The notes under the pieces are model-generated. The model was not told the origin of the DNA and ran no database searches. It saw nothing but the letters and a program-made list of their open reading frames with translations. Positions 1-10,895 of a DNA stretch of 64,000 nt are shown one piece after another. Within the stretch, counting starts at the first letter, position 1. Each line of letters starts with the position of its first letter. The DNA is from an uncultured Gemmatimonadales bacterium. GTDB lineage: Bacteria > Gemmatimonadota > Gemmatimonadetes > Gemmatimonadales > GWC2-71-9. The stretch is from the NCBI GenBank assembly GCA_963842945.1, contig CAWJIM010000001.1, forward strand, positions 64,001 through 128,000, written 5' to 3'. The translations under genes were made by a program, and so were the position numbers.

Positions 1-1367
1 AAGAAGTCGATTGGGAGGAAATTCTCCTCAACGGCTTCGAGGTGGGCGGCACCCGGGAGCAGTACGAGCAGCTGGAGTACACCGAGCCCGTCACGGTGGA
101 GACCCGGAACCTGATCGACCACCTCCGGGAACAGCTCCAGATGCTGATCTTGACCCCCCGGCAACTGCTTCTGGCCGAAGAGTTCCTGGGCAATATCAAC
201 GAGGAAGGCTACCTCGCGGCCTCCCTGGATGAGATCCTCGGCTCGGTGAACCAGCTGATGGCCGGGCACCTGACCGGAGGCGGAGAGAACGAAGAAGACG
301 GAAATGAGGCAGAGGAAAGCCTCGACGATTTCGGCGCGTCGTCTGAAGCCACGCTGTCGGCCACCGGACCCACTCAAAGCACGCCGTCACCCACTTCAAC
401 CCTCAGCTCGCCGCCGGCACCGTCTTCTCCGGCTTCTCCGCCCTTCTACAGCACGCAGGAGGCCGAGGACATGCTGGCCATCATCCAGCGGCTCGACCCG
501 TCTGGAACCGGCGCCCGTGACCTCCGTGAATGCCTCCTCATCCAGCTGGTAGAACTGGGCGACACGAGCTCACTGACGTACCGGCTGGTGAACGAAGCCT
601 TCCCCGATCTGATTGCTCACCGGTGGAATGACTTGGCCAAGCGGTTCGGGGTCGAGCCGGCTGCGGTTCAGGCCGCGGCAGACCAGCTCTCCCGGCTCGA
701 CCCCAAGCCCGGCCTCAAGTACGCCGAGCAGAGCGACGGGTACATCATTCCCGATCTGATCGTCGAGAAAATCGGGGGGCGGTATCAGGTGTTCCTGAAC
801 GATACCGGAATGCCCCGGCTTCGACTGAGCCGCTCCTATCAGGAGATCGCCCGCGACAAAAAGAAGATGACGCCGGAAAACCGGGAGTTCATCGCCTCGA
901 AGATGAACAGCGCAAACTGGATGATTCAGGCCATCGAGCAGCGGCGACAGACCATGCTCAAGGTGATGAACTTCATCGTCGACCGGCAGCGCGACTTCTT
1001 CGAAAAGGGGATCGAATATCTCAAGCCGCTCACGCTCCGCGAGGTGGCTGAGGTCATCAACATGCATGAATCCACCGTCAGCCGGGTCACCAACGAGAAG
1101 TACGTCCAGACTCCTCGTGGCGTGCTGCCGCTCAAGTTCTTCTTCTCCAGTGCGCTCTCGACCGCCTCCGGGGAGGATGCCAGTGCGCGCTCGATTCGCG
1201 CCAAGCTGGAAAAGATGGTGGGCGAAGAGAACAGCGCAAAGCCTCTTACCGATCAGCAAATCGTCCATCTCTTCCAGGAGCAGGGAATCCAGATTGCCCG
1301 ACGCACGGTCGCCAAGTACCGCGACCAGCTGGGGATCCTTCCGGCCCGAATGCGGAAACGGGTATGA
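1..1367 (+). CDS. rpoN: RNA polymerase sigma-54 factor (5' truncated by window edge)
   Basis: Frame open from base 3 (EVDWEEILL...). Contains GARDLRECLLIQL, LKPLTLREVAE-HESTVSR and the RpoN box ARRTVAKYR. Confidence 0.98.
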   Translation, partial: EVDWEEILLNGFEVGGTREQYEQLEYTEPVTVETRNLIDHLREQLQMLILTPRQLLLAEEFLGNINEEGYLAASLDEILGSVNQLMAGHLTGGGENEEDGNEAEESLDDFGASSEATLSATGPTQSTPSPTSTLSSPPAPSSPASPPFYSTQEAEDMLAIIQRLDPSGTGARDLRECLLIQLVELGDTSSLTYRLVNEAFPDLIAHRWNDLAKRFGVEPAAVQAAADQLSRLDPKPGLKYAEQSDGYIIPDLIVEKIGGRYQVFLNDTGMPRLRLSRSYQEIARDKKKMTPENREFIASKMNSANWMIQAIEQRRQTMLKVMNFIVDRQRDFFEKGIEYLKPLTLREVAEVINMHESTVSRVTNEKYVQTPRGVLPLKFFFSSALSTASGEDASARSIRAKLEKMVGEENSAKPLTDQQIVHLFQEQGIQIARRTVAKYRDQLGILPARMRKRV

Positions 1368-2321
1368 CCGTTGCCTCGGTCGAGACGCTGGATGTCAGCG
1401 TGCTCGTCCCGGCGAAGGACGAGGCCGACAATCTTCCGGAGTTCATCCAGCGCTGTGCCCAGGCCCTGGGGTCGGCCGGATTCTCCTTCGAAGTCATCGT
1501 GGTCAATGACGGCTCGCGCGATGGGACCGACCGCGTATTGCGCGAGCTGCAGCGGCAGTACCCCTTCCTGGAAATCGTTACTCACCGGCGGCAGCGGGGC
1601 ATCGCCGATGCTCTCCGTTCGGCCGGCGATGTCGCCCGCGGCGACATCTTCGTCTTCTATCCCGCCGATCTGCAGTATCTCCCCGAGGACATTCCCGGCC
1701 TGGTTGCCCCGATTCTGGAGAACCGGGCCGACATCGTCACCGGCACCAAGCAGGGGAAGTACGAGAAGGCGTTCGTCTCCCGGGTCTACAACGGGCTCTG
1801 CCGCTGGCTCTTCGGCGTGCGGGTCACCGATCTGAATTCGGTCAAGGCGTACCGGCGAGAGGTGATGCTGGGTGTGCCGCTGCGCCCCGACTGGCACCGG
1901 TATATGGTGGTGATCGCCGCCGCCGACGGATACCGTCTTACCTCCCTTCCGGTTCCGCTGTATCCCCGCCGGGCGGGAACCTCGAAGTTCAATTGGCGGC
2001 GGATTCCGGTGGGCATGTTCGATCTGGTCTCCGTCTGGTTCCAGCTTCGCTTCGGCCGAAAGCCGATGATGTTCTTCGGCGTGGGCGGCGCCCTGCTGTT
2101 CGTCATCGGTTTTCTCGCCGGCGATTGCCGCGCTGGTGCTCCGGTTCGGGTACGGCATCGGACTGCGGCCACTGCTCAACCTGGTGGAGACCATGGTGAT
2201 CAGCGGGATCGTACTCTTCGGTTTTGGCTTCCTCGGTGAGATGATCGCAGGTATGCGAGAGGAGACTCGGGACATCGCCCGGGAGCTCGCGCGGATAGAA
2301 AAACACGACCCCCGGGATTGA
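1364..2321 (+). CDS. Glycosyltransferase family 2 (DPM/ArnC-like) with C-terminal TM helices; frameshift near 2125
   Basis: VSVLVPAKDE, VVNDGSRDGT and ADLQY motifs. The hydrophobic tail continues in ORF 2136..2321. ATGA overlap with the rpoN stop. Confidence 0.9.
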
Positions 2322-2324
2322 ACG

Positions 2325-3465
2325 GTGCGGGTCGTGTTCGTGACCCACAGTTATCCCCGTTGGCCAGGCGATTATTCCGGCGCCGCACTCGCCGCGCTCG
2401 CCCGCGCGTTGGTGCGTAGGGGCATCTCGGTGCGCGTGGTGGCGCTGGGTGAGGACGCTGCGGAACGAACCGAGCAGGATGGCGTTCTGATACGGCGGGT
2501 GCGGATCTCCAGCCGGCTGGGTCAGACGATCTTCGATCAGGATGCCTTTGCTGCCCGGCTCAGGGGCCCACGCCGATGGGAGCTTCTGCTGCGACTCTGG
2601 CGCGAGCTGAGGCTCGCGGCAGAACGCGAAGTGTCCGCTGGAGCCGATCTGGTGCACGCCCATTGGTGGATGCCATCTGGCTTGGCCACTCCGGCCCGTG
2701 TTCCCCAGGTGCTCACACTCCAGGGCACCGACGCCGGCTTGATTCGAAGCTCGCGGCTCGCTCGAGCGCATGGCCCGGCGTCTGCTCGGTCGGATTCGGC
2801 TTGGTTACCGCGGTCTCGCGTTCCATCGGAGAGACCGTTCAGAACCTGACCGGCCGGTTTGTCGGAACCGAGCACGTCCATGCCCTGCCCATAGAGAGTC
2901 GAGGGCGACCCTGGACTCGGGGTGGCTCCGGTGCCGTGGTGATGGGCCGATTGGATGATGCCGGCAGGGTGGGGTTGGCACTGGAGACGGTAGCGATGCT
3001 CGCCTCGCGCGGTCACAAGCTCCGCTGACAGTCATTGGAGAGGGTCGCCGTCGTGACGCTTTGCAGCAGCAGGCGCGGCGTCTCGGAGTTGCGGAACTGG
3101 TCCGGTTCGTGGGAGCCATGCCCCCCGATCAGGCACTGGGCCATCTCGCTCGAGCCGACCTCATGCTGCTCACCACCCAGGGTGAGGTCTCAGCCGTTTC
3201 GGCCCAGGAGGCACTCATCTCCGGTGTACCGGTGGTGACTTGCTGGGACAGCGGCGCTTCGGTGGACGTGGTGCCTCAGTCCGGGGCCGGCCGGTTGAGC
3301 CTACCGGCTGCGGATGCTCTGGCCGAGTGCGTACTCAGCCTGCACGCCGATCGCGACGCTCTCGCCGCCAGCCGGTTGGTTGGAGAGGCCTGGCGCACCA
3401 GGCTGGCGCCGGATCACGTGGCCCAGGTGTACGAGGGGTGGTACCGCGATGCCCTCGGGAGATAG
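2325..3465 (+). CDS. Glycosyltransferase family 4 (split by about 2 indels)
   Basis: MRVVFVTHSYPRW, DLVHAHWW, VRFVG and EALISGVPVV lie across ORFs 2325..2849, 2576..3028 and 3061..3465. Confidence 0.85.
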
Positions 3466-4655
3466 CCGCCTTCGGATCCTCACCGTCACTCACAATTATC
3501 CTCGCTTTGCCGGCGATCCTGCGGGCGCCTTTGCCGCGCGGTTGGCCGAGGGAGTGGCCGCGCGCGGCCACGAGGTTCAGGTCGTAGCGCCGCATGCGCC
3601 GGGATTGCGAACTCGCGAGGAAAGTTGGAGGGGTCACTCTCCGCCGATTTCGCTACGCGCCCGAAGGACTTGAGCGGGTGGCCTACACCGGCGGTCTGCA
3701 CCAAGGAACCTTACGGTCCCCGGTGGCGGCTCTGTTCTTTCCCGGGTTTCCTCCTGGCCTTCGAGCTCGCGGTTCGTCAGGCCGCGCGTGCCTTCCGGCC
3801 TGATGTCGTTCATGCCCACTGGTGGTTTCCTGGAGGCTGGTTCACCAGTCACACCGACGCCGTATCTGGTAACCTGTCACGGGTCGGATGTCCGACTGCT
3901 GGAGCGGGGTATGCCGGTTCGTAGCACGCTCGCAAGGTCCTGCAGCGTGCCGCACGGGTTACCACCGTCTCTCGCTTTCTTGCCCAGGATATCCGAAGAT
4001 TGCTGCCGGACCTGAACGCCGAGCTGGTAGTCACCCCGATGCCGCTGGATGTCGTCGGTTTCAGTCCGGTCGAGCGAGAACCGAAGGCGGTTCCTCCACG
4101 GATTCTGTACGCCGGGCAATCTGCTGGCCAGCAAGGGCGTGGACCTGCTGCTCGAGGCTGCGGCGGCACTGAAGGGAGCGTGGCGTGCACTATGAGTTGA
4201 AGATTCTGGGCGAGGGGCCTGCCCAGCAGTCGCTGCGCTCCCAGGCGGAGCGGCTGGGGATCAGTAACCAATAATCTGGAGCTCGTTCGTGCCCCAGGAG
4301 CAGATGCCGCCGGAGTACGGCGCCAGTACGGTCACTGTGCTTCCGACCCGGGGCAGGGCGGAAGGTCTTGGGCTCACGCTGGTGGAAGCGTTGCTCGCCG
4401 GCTCCGCTGTGGTCGGAACCCGCGCAGGCGGTATTCCCGAGGTGGTCGATCACGATGGTAACCGGTCTGCTGGCGGCAGAGGATCCGATCGACCTGGCCA
4501 ACCAGCTGGAGCGCATGTTGAGTGACGAGCCGTTGCGCTCTCGCCTGACCAGGGCAGGGAAGGACCAGGTGCTCCAGACCTATTCGCCGGAACCGGCAAT
4601 TGAACGTTTTCTTCAGCTGTATCATGCCGCCGCTTACGATCGTACGCACCGCTGA
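3449..4655 (+). CDS. Glycosyltransferase family 4 (multiple indels)
   Basis: RILTVTHNYPRF, PDVVHAHWWFP, VTCHGSDV and EGLGLTLVEALLAG(S)AVVGT pieces occur in successive frames. Confidence 0.85.
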
Positions 4656-5667
4656 GCCTCCCCCGGACTGGGAGACGTATGCGAAGGAGCATGGGACCTT
4701 CTACCATCTTCCTCGCTGGCTCGAGTGTCTGCGGGACATCTACCGGTTGCGAGTGGAGTGTTACTCGGCTCGGGTGGACGGCAGGCTGGAGGGACTGATC
4801 CCAGTCGCAGAGGTGCCGGGGTTACTCGGACCCCGTCGGCTGGTCAGCCTGCCCTTCAGTTACGCCGCGGGACCATTGGCCCTGAATACCGCCACGGCTG
4901 ACGCGTTGGCAACCGCGGTTCGCGAGGTCGCCGAGCACCGTGGCATTCGGCGGGTGGAGCTCAAATCTCGCGGCGGTTTTCCTCCGGCCCCCGGCTTCCA
5001 CCGGACATCCCACTACAGCACCTACGAGATTTCCACCGAAGGCGGCGAAGCCGGGGTGTGGAGCCGGCTGCACTCTGGAAGCACGCAGCGAAGCATCCGC
5101 AAGGGACAGAAGGCTGGGCTGGAGATCCGTCGGGGCGATACCCGTGAGGACTGGTTGGTCATGGCGCAACTGGAGGAGCGCACCGCGCACTCCCACGGGC
5201 TGCCGGCGCCTCCCCGCCGCTTCTTCACCGAGGGGGCCAGGCGGCTGCAGGAGGCAGGACTGGCAGCGGTCTACCTGGCGCTCACCGGCACCGGCACCCC
5301 GGCCGCGGGCATCACCGTGTGGAAGGGGCCACGGAGCTGGATCTACGGGTTTGGGGCTTCAAATCCGGAATACCTGGAGCATCGTCCCAACCACGTCCTG
5401 ATTTGGAGCGCCATCCAAGACGCCATCGCAGCCGGCTGCGGCTTCGATCTGGGACGGGTTGCACCCGAGCAGGACGGACTCCTGGAATTCAAGCGACGCT
5501 GGGGTGGACAGGCCATACCGCTGGCCTATGATTACTGGCCGGAACCTGGAGGATTGAACGTTGCTGCCCGAGACCGGGGCACCATGGCAACCGCTGCCTC
5601 GGTCTGGTCTCGTCTGCCGGCCAGCGTGGCCCGGCTGGGGGCGGGTCTGTACCGATACCTCGGGTGA
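4624..5667 (+). CDS. GNAT/FemAB-like acyltransferase (Acetyltransf_6 type) found in polysaccharide loci
   Basis: TFYH..WL, LVSLPFS, RSIRKGQKAGL, PNHVLIW and FDLGR...GLLEFKRRWG motifs. Confidence 0.82.
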   Translation: MPPLTIVRTAEPPPDWETYAKEHGTFYHLPRWLECLRDIYRLRVECYSARVDGRLEGLIPVAEVPGLLGPRRLVSLPFSYAAGPLALNTATADALATAVREVAEHRGIRRVELKSRGGFPPAPGFHRTSHYSTYEISTEGGEAGVWSRLHSGSTQRSIRKGQKAGLEIRRGDTREDWLVMAQLEERTAHSHGLPAPPRRFFTEGARRLQEAGLAAVYLALTGTGTPAAGITVWKGPRSWIYGFGASNPEYLEHRPNHVLIWSAIQDAIAAGCGFDLGRVAPEQDGLLEFKRRWGGQAIPLAYDYWPEPGGLNVAARDRGTMATAASVWSRLPASVARLGAGLYRYLG

Positions 5668-5671
5668 GCCC

Positions 5672-6136
5672 GTGAGCTTTGCCTGGCGCCTCCGAAAGAA
5701 AATCCTGAAGCGGTGGGCCCGGAACGCATTCTTTCCATCCACTCGGGTGGGAATGCTGCGGCTGTGCGGCTTCAACATCGGAGACGATGTGTATATCGCC
5801 GACGACCTCATCATCGTGGAGGAGTTAGCCGAGCGTGGAAACATTACCATTGGTCACCGGGTAAGCATTGCGCCTCGGGTCACCCTGGTGACCTCCTCTC
5901 ATCCCAACCATTCGCGAACTCGGCCATTCGCCCCCGTTGCTCAAGGGCCCATCGTCATTGAAGACGATGCGTGGCTCGGCGCCGGCTGCGTCATCCTGCC
6001 AGGCGTTCGCATAGGCCGGGGTGCGGTGGTGGGCGCAAACAGTGTGGTGGCCCAGGACGTCTTACCTCTGCACGTAGTGGCCGGGCAGCCCGCCCGGACG
6101 GTGCGCGAGCTTACTCCCGTGGGGGAGTGGCAATGA
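5672..6136 (+). CDS. Hexapeptide-repeat O-acyltransferase (LbetaH)
   Basis: IGDDVYI, ITIGHRVSIAPRV and PIVIEDDAWLGAGCVILPGVRIGRGAVVGANSVV...AGQPAR. Confidence 0.9.
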   Translation: MSFAWRLRKKILKRWARNAFFPSTRVGMLRLCGFNIGDDVYIADDLIIVEELAERGNITIGHRVSIAPRVTLVTSSHPNHSRTRPFAPVAQGPIVIEDDAWLGAGCVILPGVRIGRGAVVGANSVVAQDVLPLHVVAGQPARTVRELTPVGEWQ

Positions 6137-7597
6137 TACGGATCGAGGTACCAGCTTCACTACGCCCCACTGAGCGATACGGACTCGACGTCCTGGTTGA
6201 CCTCTCTCGTCTGCTCGTGGCCGAGAACGCTGACTGTGAGGTGGTTCGCCTGACCGTGATTGACCGATCTTCGGCAGGGTCGGCGGCTGCGGATCTTAGC
6301 CCCCAGGCCGCTCTGGAACGAACCGACGGCAAGGTGGGGATCGGCCTGGCTTCGCTGCGCGCAGTGGCGGAGGTGGCCGGTGGGGCCATCGAACAGCGCA
6401 GCACCGCAAGCGATCGGCACAGCCGCGTCCCCTCGGCGGAAAATCCTCTGGTCGCGGCGGGCCAGAGCAGGCGCCCCATGGTATCCCTCCTGGCGATGGA
6501 GCTTCGGCGCGCGGTCGTCGCGGTAGCTGGAAGGCGTCCCGTCCGCATCCTGGCGCCCTGGCCCGACCGACATCGATGGGCCGCTCTGCTGACTCACGAT
6601 CTCGACGTGGTGGACTGGTGGGGGCTGTTCCCGCTGCTCCGTATGCTCGAGCTGAGCATGAAAGGCTCGTGGGATCTCGCTGGCCGAGTCGGCCGAGCTG
6701 CGCGGCGCAGCATCCAGCGAGACCCGGTGTGCCGCGGGGTGCACTCGATACTCCAGCTCGAAGCCCACCATGGTATCCGGCCAACCTGGTTTGTCATCTG
6801 CGCCGAGCCCGACCCTCAGATCACGTCTGGCCGGAGATGCAACGTATAATCCCGAAGGAGCCTCGGCCCGCCGGATCCTCACGGCGCTGACTCACGCCGG
6901 ACATGAGATCGGGCTGCACGGGAGCTTCGCCACGGGCAGCGACGCCGCTCGCATGGCAGAGGAGCGGCGGTCACTCACCCGCCTCGCCGATACTCCCGTG
7001 ACCGGCGTGCGTCAGCATTTCCTCCGAATGCGCCCCGGCCAGACCCAGCGCCACATGGTTGCCGCGGGGCTGGAGTACGATGCCACCTGGGGCTTCGCCG
7101 ACCGGAACGGCTTCCGCTTGGGAGTAGCCGATATTGTACCCGCCTGGGACGCCAGGGGTGAAACCACCTTGCCGCTCGATATGGTACCCCTGATCTGGAT
7201 GGACCGTGCGCTCAGCAAGTACGCGGGGATCGAAGAGCCCGGGCGATGGATCGAGGATGCGCGTGACCTGGTTCGGGAGTGCAAGGCGGTGGAGGGGGTC
7301 TGGGTCGGCCTGTGGCACCCCAATACCATGGAGGCGCTTGGATTCCCCGGGGCGGAGCCGGCCTTCGTCAGTTTGCTTCAGACGCTGGCCGACGACCGCC
7401 CCTACTTTGGCTCGGCCCATAAACTTGTCCAGTGGCGCCGCTTCCGGAGATCAGTCCGGGCTGCCCGGGTCTCAGTGGACGGGCGGGTGCTGCTGACCAC
7501 TCCATTAGGACATCGAACCCTCGTTGCGCTGGAAGATGAGAGCGGCGAGGAGATTCAGGTGCAGGTGCAATCGAGTCGGGCCGGTGGCGCGGCCTAG
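6133..7597 (+). CDS. Polysaccharide deacetylase-like protein (CE4/NodB fold); frameshift near 6810
   Basis: LTHDLD, HEIGLHGS, GVRQHFLR, YDATWGF..RNGFRLG and LWHPN motifs across ORFs 5971..6849 and 6770..7597. Confidence 0.82.
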
Positions 7598-8522
7598 TCT
7601 CTGGAAGGTTCTGCAATTCTCAGCCGGAGCACTCCTGGTAGGTCTGGCAGTACGTTCCCTCGTACTCAACTGGCAGGATCTGCGAGCGCAGCCGCTGGAA
7701 TGGCGATTGTCGCCCCTCTGGCTTCTATCGAGCGTGCTCGTGGTCTTCGCTGGATATGCCGTGCTGATCGAGGCATGGCGCCGGGTCGTGCTCAGCATGG
7801 GAGAACAGCTTCCCTTCTGGACCGCCGCCCGAATCTGGTTTCTGGCCAGTCTGGGAAAATATGTGCCTGGCAAGGTGTGGGCGGTCGCCGGGGCTGCGGT
7901 CCTTGCCCAGCGCGCCGGAGTTGATCCATCTGTGGCGGTTGCCGGCGCCCTGGTGTTGCAGGCGCTGGCCCTGGGGAGCGGGGCAGTGATCGTTGCGCTA
8001 ACCGCGCGTGAAGCATTCCAGACTGCAGGAGCGGAGATGTATCCGGTTGCAGTAGTCGTCCTGCTGGCCTGTACCGCGGGTATCGTGGCGCTCGGCTCCC
8101 AACCTGTGCTGAACCGCATCGGCCGGCTCCTTCCGTCCTCCTTCCCTCGGCTGCGGGCGGTTCAGCCGCGCTGGCTGTCCCTCGCCTTCGTAGCCAACCT
8201 TTTCGCCTGGGTAGCCTACGGTATTGCACTGGTTCTGCTCACCAGAGGAGTCCTCCCTGGCGTTCACCTGGGGCTGACCCAGGCCATCGGGGTGTTCACC
8301 TGCTCCTACCTGGTCGGGTTCGTCGCGCTCTTCGCGCCCGGTGGGCTGGGGCCCCGCGAGTCGGTCTTCCTTCTGATGCTGGCTGGAGACATCGGTCTCA
8401 AGCCTGCGGCCGGGCTGGCGCTCGCCAGTCGGTTGCTGCTCACCGGCACCGAGGTGCTTCCAGCCGTCCCCTTTCTTCTCCGCAGGAACGCGGCGAGCTC
8501 TTCATCCGTTCGCGAGGCCTGA
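7584..8522 (+). CDS. Lysylphosphatidylglycerol-synthase TM-domain (flippase-like) membrane protein
   Basis: Polytopic protein with LGKYVPGKVW and FAPGGLGPRE signatures. Confidence 0.85.
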   Translation: MARPSLWKVLQFSAGALLVGLAVRSLVLNWQDLRAQPLEWRLSPLWLLSSVLVVFAGYAVLIEAWRRVVLSMGEQLPFWTAARIWFLASLGKYVPGKVWAVAGAAVLAQRAGVDPSVAVAGALVLQALALGSGAVIVALTAREAFQTAGAEMYPVAVVVLLACTAGIVALGSQPVLNRIGRLLPSSFPRLRAVQPRWLSLAFVANLFAWVAYGIALVLLTRGVLPGVHLGLTQAIGVFTCSYLVGFVALFAPGGLGPRESVFLLMLAGDIGLKPAAGLALASRLLLTGTEVLPAVPFLLRRNAASSSSVREA

Positions 8523-10895
8523 GTGGAACAATCAGCGTCATCCGATCTCGACAACCTTCCGCGCTGGGCTCCCTTCGTCATCATGGCCGTGCTGACACTG
8601 CTGGCCTTCCGCCAGTATCTGCTCAGCGGTCCCGGCGAAATGCTCCTGGGGCAGGATACGATCGCTGCAGGCATCATGTTCCGGAAATTTTTCGTGGAGC
8701 ACGTTCGAGCACTGGGCCGGCTGCCGCTCTGGAACCCGTACCTATTCGGCGGGGTGCCGACGGTGGAGGCGGGCAGCGGCGACATACTCTATCCCACGTC
8801 GATTCTGCACTTCCTCCTGCCGTTGACCAGCGCACTGGCCTGGAAGCTCATTCTGCACGTGTATCTGGCGGGCGTCTTCATGTATCTCGCAGCTCGAGCG
8901 CTGGGAGCCCGTCGTTACACCGCGCTGTTCGCCGGCTCAGCCTACCTGCTCTCGGCCAATTTGGTGAGCCTGGTCTGGGGGGGACAGGACGGAAAGATGT
9001 ACGTCACCGCCCTGTTTCCCGGAGCACTGTGGCTTCTTATCACCGCTCTGGACCGGCGCTCGTGGCTCCGCTTTGTGTGGCTCGGCGTGGTGGCCGGACT
9101 CATGGTGGTGGCCCATCCCCAGTTGGCGTATTACGCCTACATCGCCTTGGCGGGATATGCCGTTGGCAGTTTGTGGGCTCGCCGGCGAGATGGGGCCACC
9201 CTGGCCAAGGTTCTCGCCGGCGGCATGCTGGCCGCGGTAACGGCGCTCGGCGTTGCCTCCGTGGTACTACTCCCGATGTATCGCTATCTCCGGGAAGATT
9301 CGCCCCGTGCCGGGCCCGGGCGTGGGTTCGAGTACTCCGCCAGCTGGTCGCTCCACGCCCAAGAGGCGGTCTCCCTGTTTATACCGGAGTTCTCCGGCAC
9401 CGACGTGCAGTCGGAGACGTACTGGGGGAAAAACCCGTTCAAGCACAACTCCGAGTACGGCGGCGCGTTGATTTTCGTGCTGGGGATTGCAGGTGTGATT
9501 GGCCTGAGAGGAGACCCGAGACGCTGGGCTTTCGGGGGGATGGCGGCGATCGCGCTGCTCTATGCCCTGGGCTCCGGCACGCCGGTGTTTCGGGTGCTCT
9601 ACTCGCTCGTCCCCGGGCTGAAGAACTTCCGGGCGCCGAGTCTCGCGACATTCGTGGCCATCGCAGCGCTCACCATTTTGGCCACCCTCTTGATCGATCG
9701 AGTCCTGACGACCGAAGACGCCCGCACCCGCCGTACTGCAACTATGGCGCTTCTGGGTGGAGCAGTGCTGGCGTTGTTGATCGCCCTGATAACGCTGGGC
9801 GGGGGGACCGGATTCTATCACACCTGGGTGTCTATGTTCGGCGGGGCTGAGGGTATCGATCGGTCAGCGGCGTTTGCGGCCAATCAGCCGCGAATCGTGG
9901 GGGGCGCGCTCGCGATCACCTTGCTCTGTGCGCTCTCCCTGGGTGCGCTGGTGCTGTGGAGCCGCGGCACCCTCCGAGCGTCGCAGGTCGTCGTGATTCT
10001 CCTCGCTCTGACGGCGCTCGATCTCCTCCGGGTCGATGCGCGCTACATCCAGATTGTCCGGTACGACGAATTCTTTCCGGCCGACCCTGGTATCGAGGCA
10101 TTGCGCGGACGTCTCGCCCCCGGAGAGCGGGTGCTGGCGGTCGGAGGTGTGTATCCGGAAGGGTTTCTTGCCACGTACGGCGTTCCGGAGGTTTTCGGAT
10201 ACCATGGAAACCAGCTACGGTGGTACAATGCGCTTACCCGATATGATGCCCGTCAGGCCGCCAGAACCTCGGCAGAGCTGGAGCAGTACTGGGTGGGTTT
10301 GCTGAATAGCGGCACTCTCCGGGCCCTGGCTGCACGATACGTTCTTCTCCCTGGCCAGGTAAACCTGCCGGGCTATCGGCTCATGGGCGCGGATCAGCGA
10401 ATAGCCGTGTACGTCAACGAGGGGGCCGTGCCGCCGGCGTCGGTCATACCTCAGGTTCAGGTCGAGCCCGATTCGGCGCGTCGAGTGGAGCTACTCTGGT
10501 CGCCCACTTTCGACCCCGCCAAGACCGCCATCGTAAATCAGGACGTGTTGGCCATCGGTCAGGCAGGAGGAACCGGCACCGCCACTATAGAGGGGAACGG
10601 AGACGACACCCTCTCTATTCGCGTGCGGACCACCGGGCCGGCGCTGCTCAGCATCAGCCGGACCTACCATCGATCGTGGCAGGCCGAGCTCGACGGGACC
10701 CCGGCCCCCGTCATCCAGACCAACCATGCTTTAATGGGCGTGGCTATTCCCAGAGCCGGAGAACACCGCGTCTTGCTGCGCTATCGGCCCAAGATCGTCC
10801 AGCTCGCGGCGGGTATTACGGCTGCAACCTGGATCATCGTGCTGCTGGTCACCGGTGTCGGCGCAGCCCTGAGCCTCCGTCAGCGCCGTGGCTGA
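8523..10895 (+). CDS. YfhO-family GT-C membrane glycosyltransferase
   Basis: GRLPLWNPYLFGGVP, YP, HPQ and FRAP motifs; many TM helices; C-terminal TYHRSWQAELDG...NHALMGV...GEHRVLLRYRP. Confidence 0.88.
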   Translation: MEQSASSDLDNLPRWAPFVIMAVLTLLAFRQYLLSGPGEMLLGQDTIAAGIMFRKFFVEHVRALGRLPLWNPYLFGGVPTVEAGSGDILYPTSILHFLLPLTSALAWKLILHVYLAGVFMYLAARALGARRYTALFAGSAYLLSANLVSLVWGGQDGKMYVTALFPGALWLLITALDRRSWLRFVWLGVVAGLMVVAHPQLAYYAYIALAGYAVGSLWARRRDGATLAKVLAGGMLAAVTALGVASVVLLPMYRYLREDSPRAGPGRGFEYSASWSLHAQEAVSLFIPEFSGTDVQSETYWGKNPFKHNSEYGGALIFVLGIAGVIGLRGDPRRWAFGGMAAIALLYALGSGTPVFRVLYSLVPGLKNFRAPSLATFVAIAALTILATLLIDRVLTTEDARTRRTATMALLGGAVLALLIALITLGGGTGFYHTWVSMFGGAEGIDRSAAFAANQPRIVGGALAITLLCALSLGALVLWSRGTLRASQVVVILLALTALDLLRVDARYIQIVRYDEFFPADPGIEALRGRLAPGERVLAVGGVYPEGFLATYGVPEVFGYHGNQLRWYNALTRYDARQAARTSAELEQYWVGLLNSGTLRALAARYVLLPGQVNLPGYRLMGADQRIAVYVNEGAVPPASVIPQVQVEPDSARRVELLWSPTFDPAKTAIVNQDVLAIGQAGGTGTATIEGNGDDTLSIRVRTTGPALLSISRTYHRSWQAELDGTPAPVIQTNHALMGVAIPRAGEHRVLLRYRPKIVQLAAGITAATWIIVLLVTGVGAALSLRQRRG

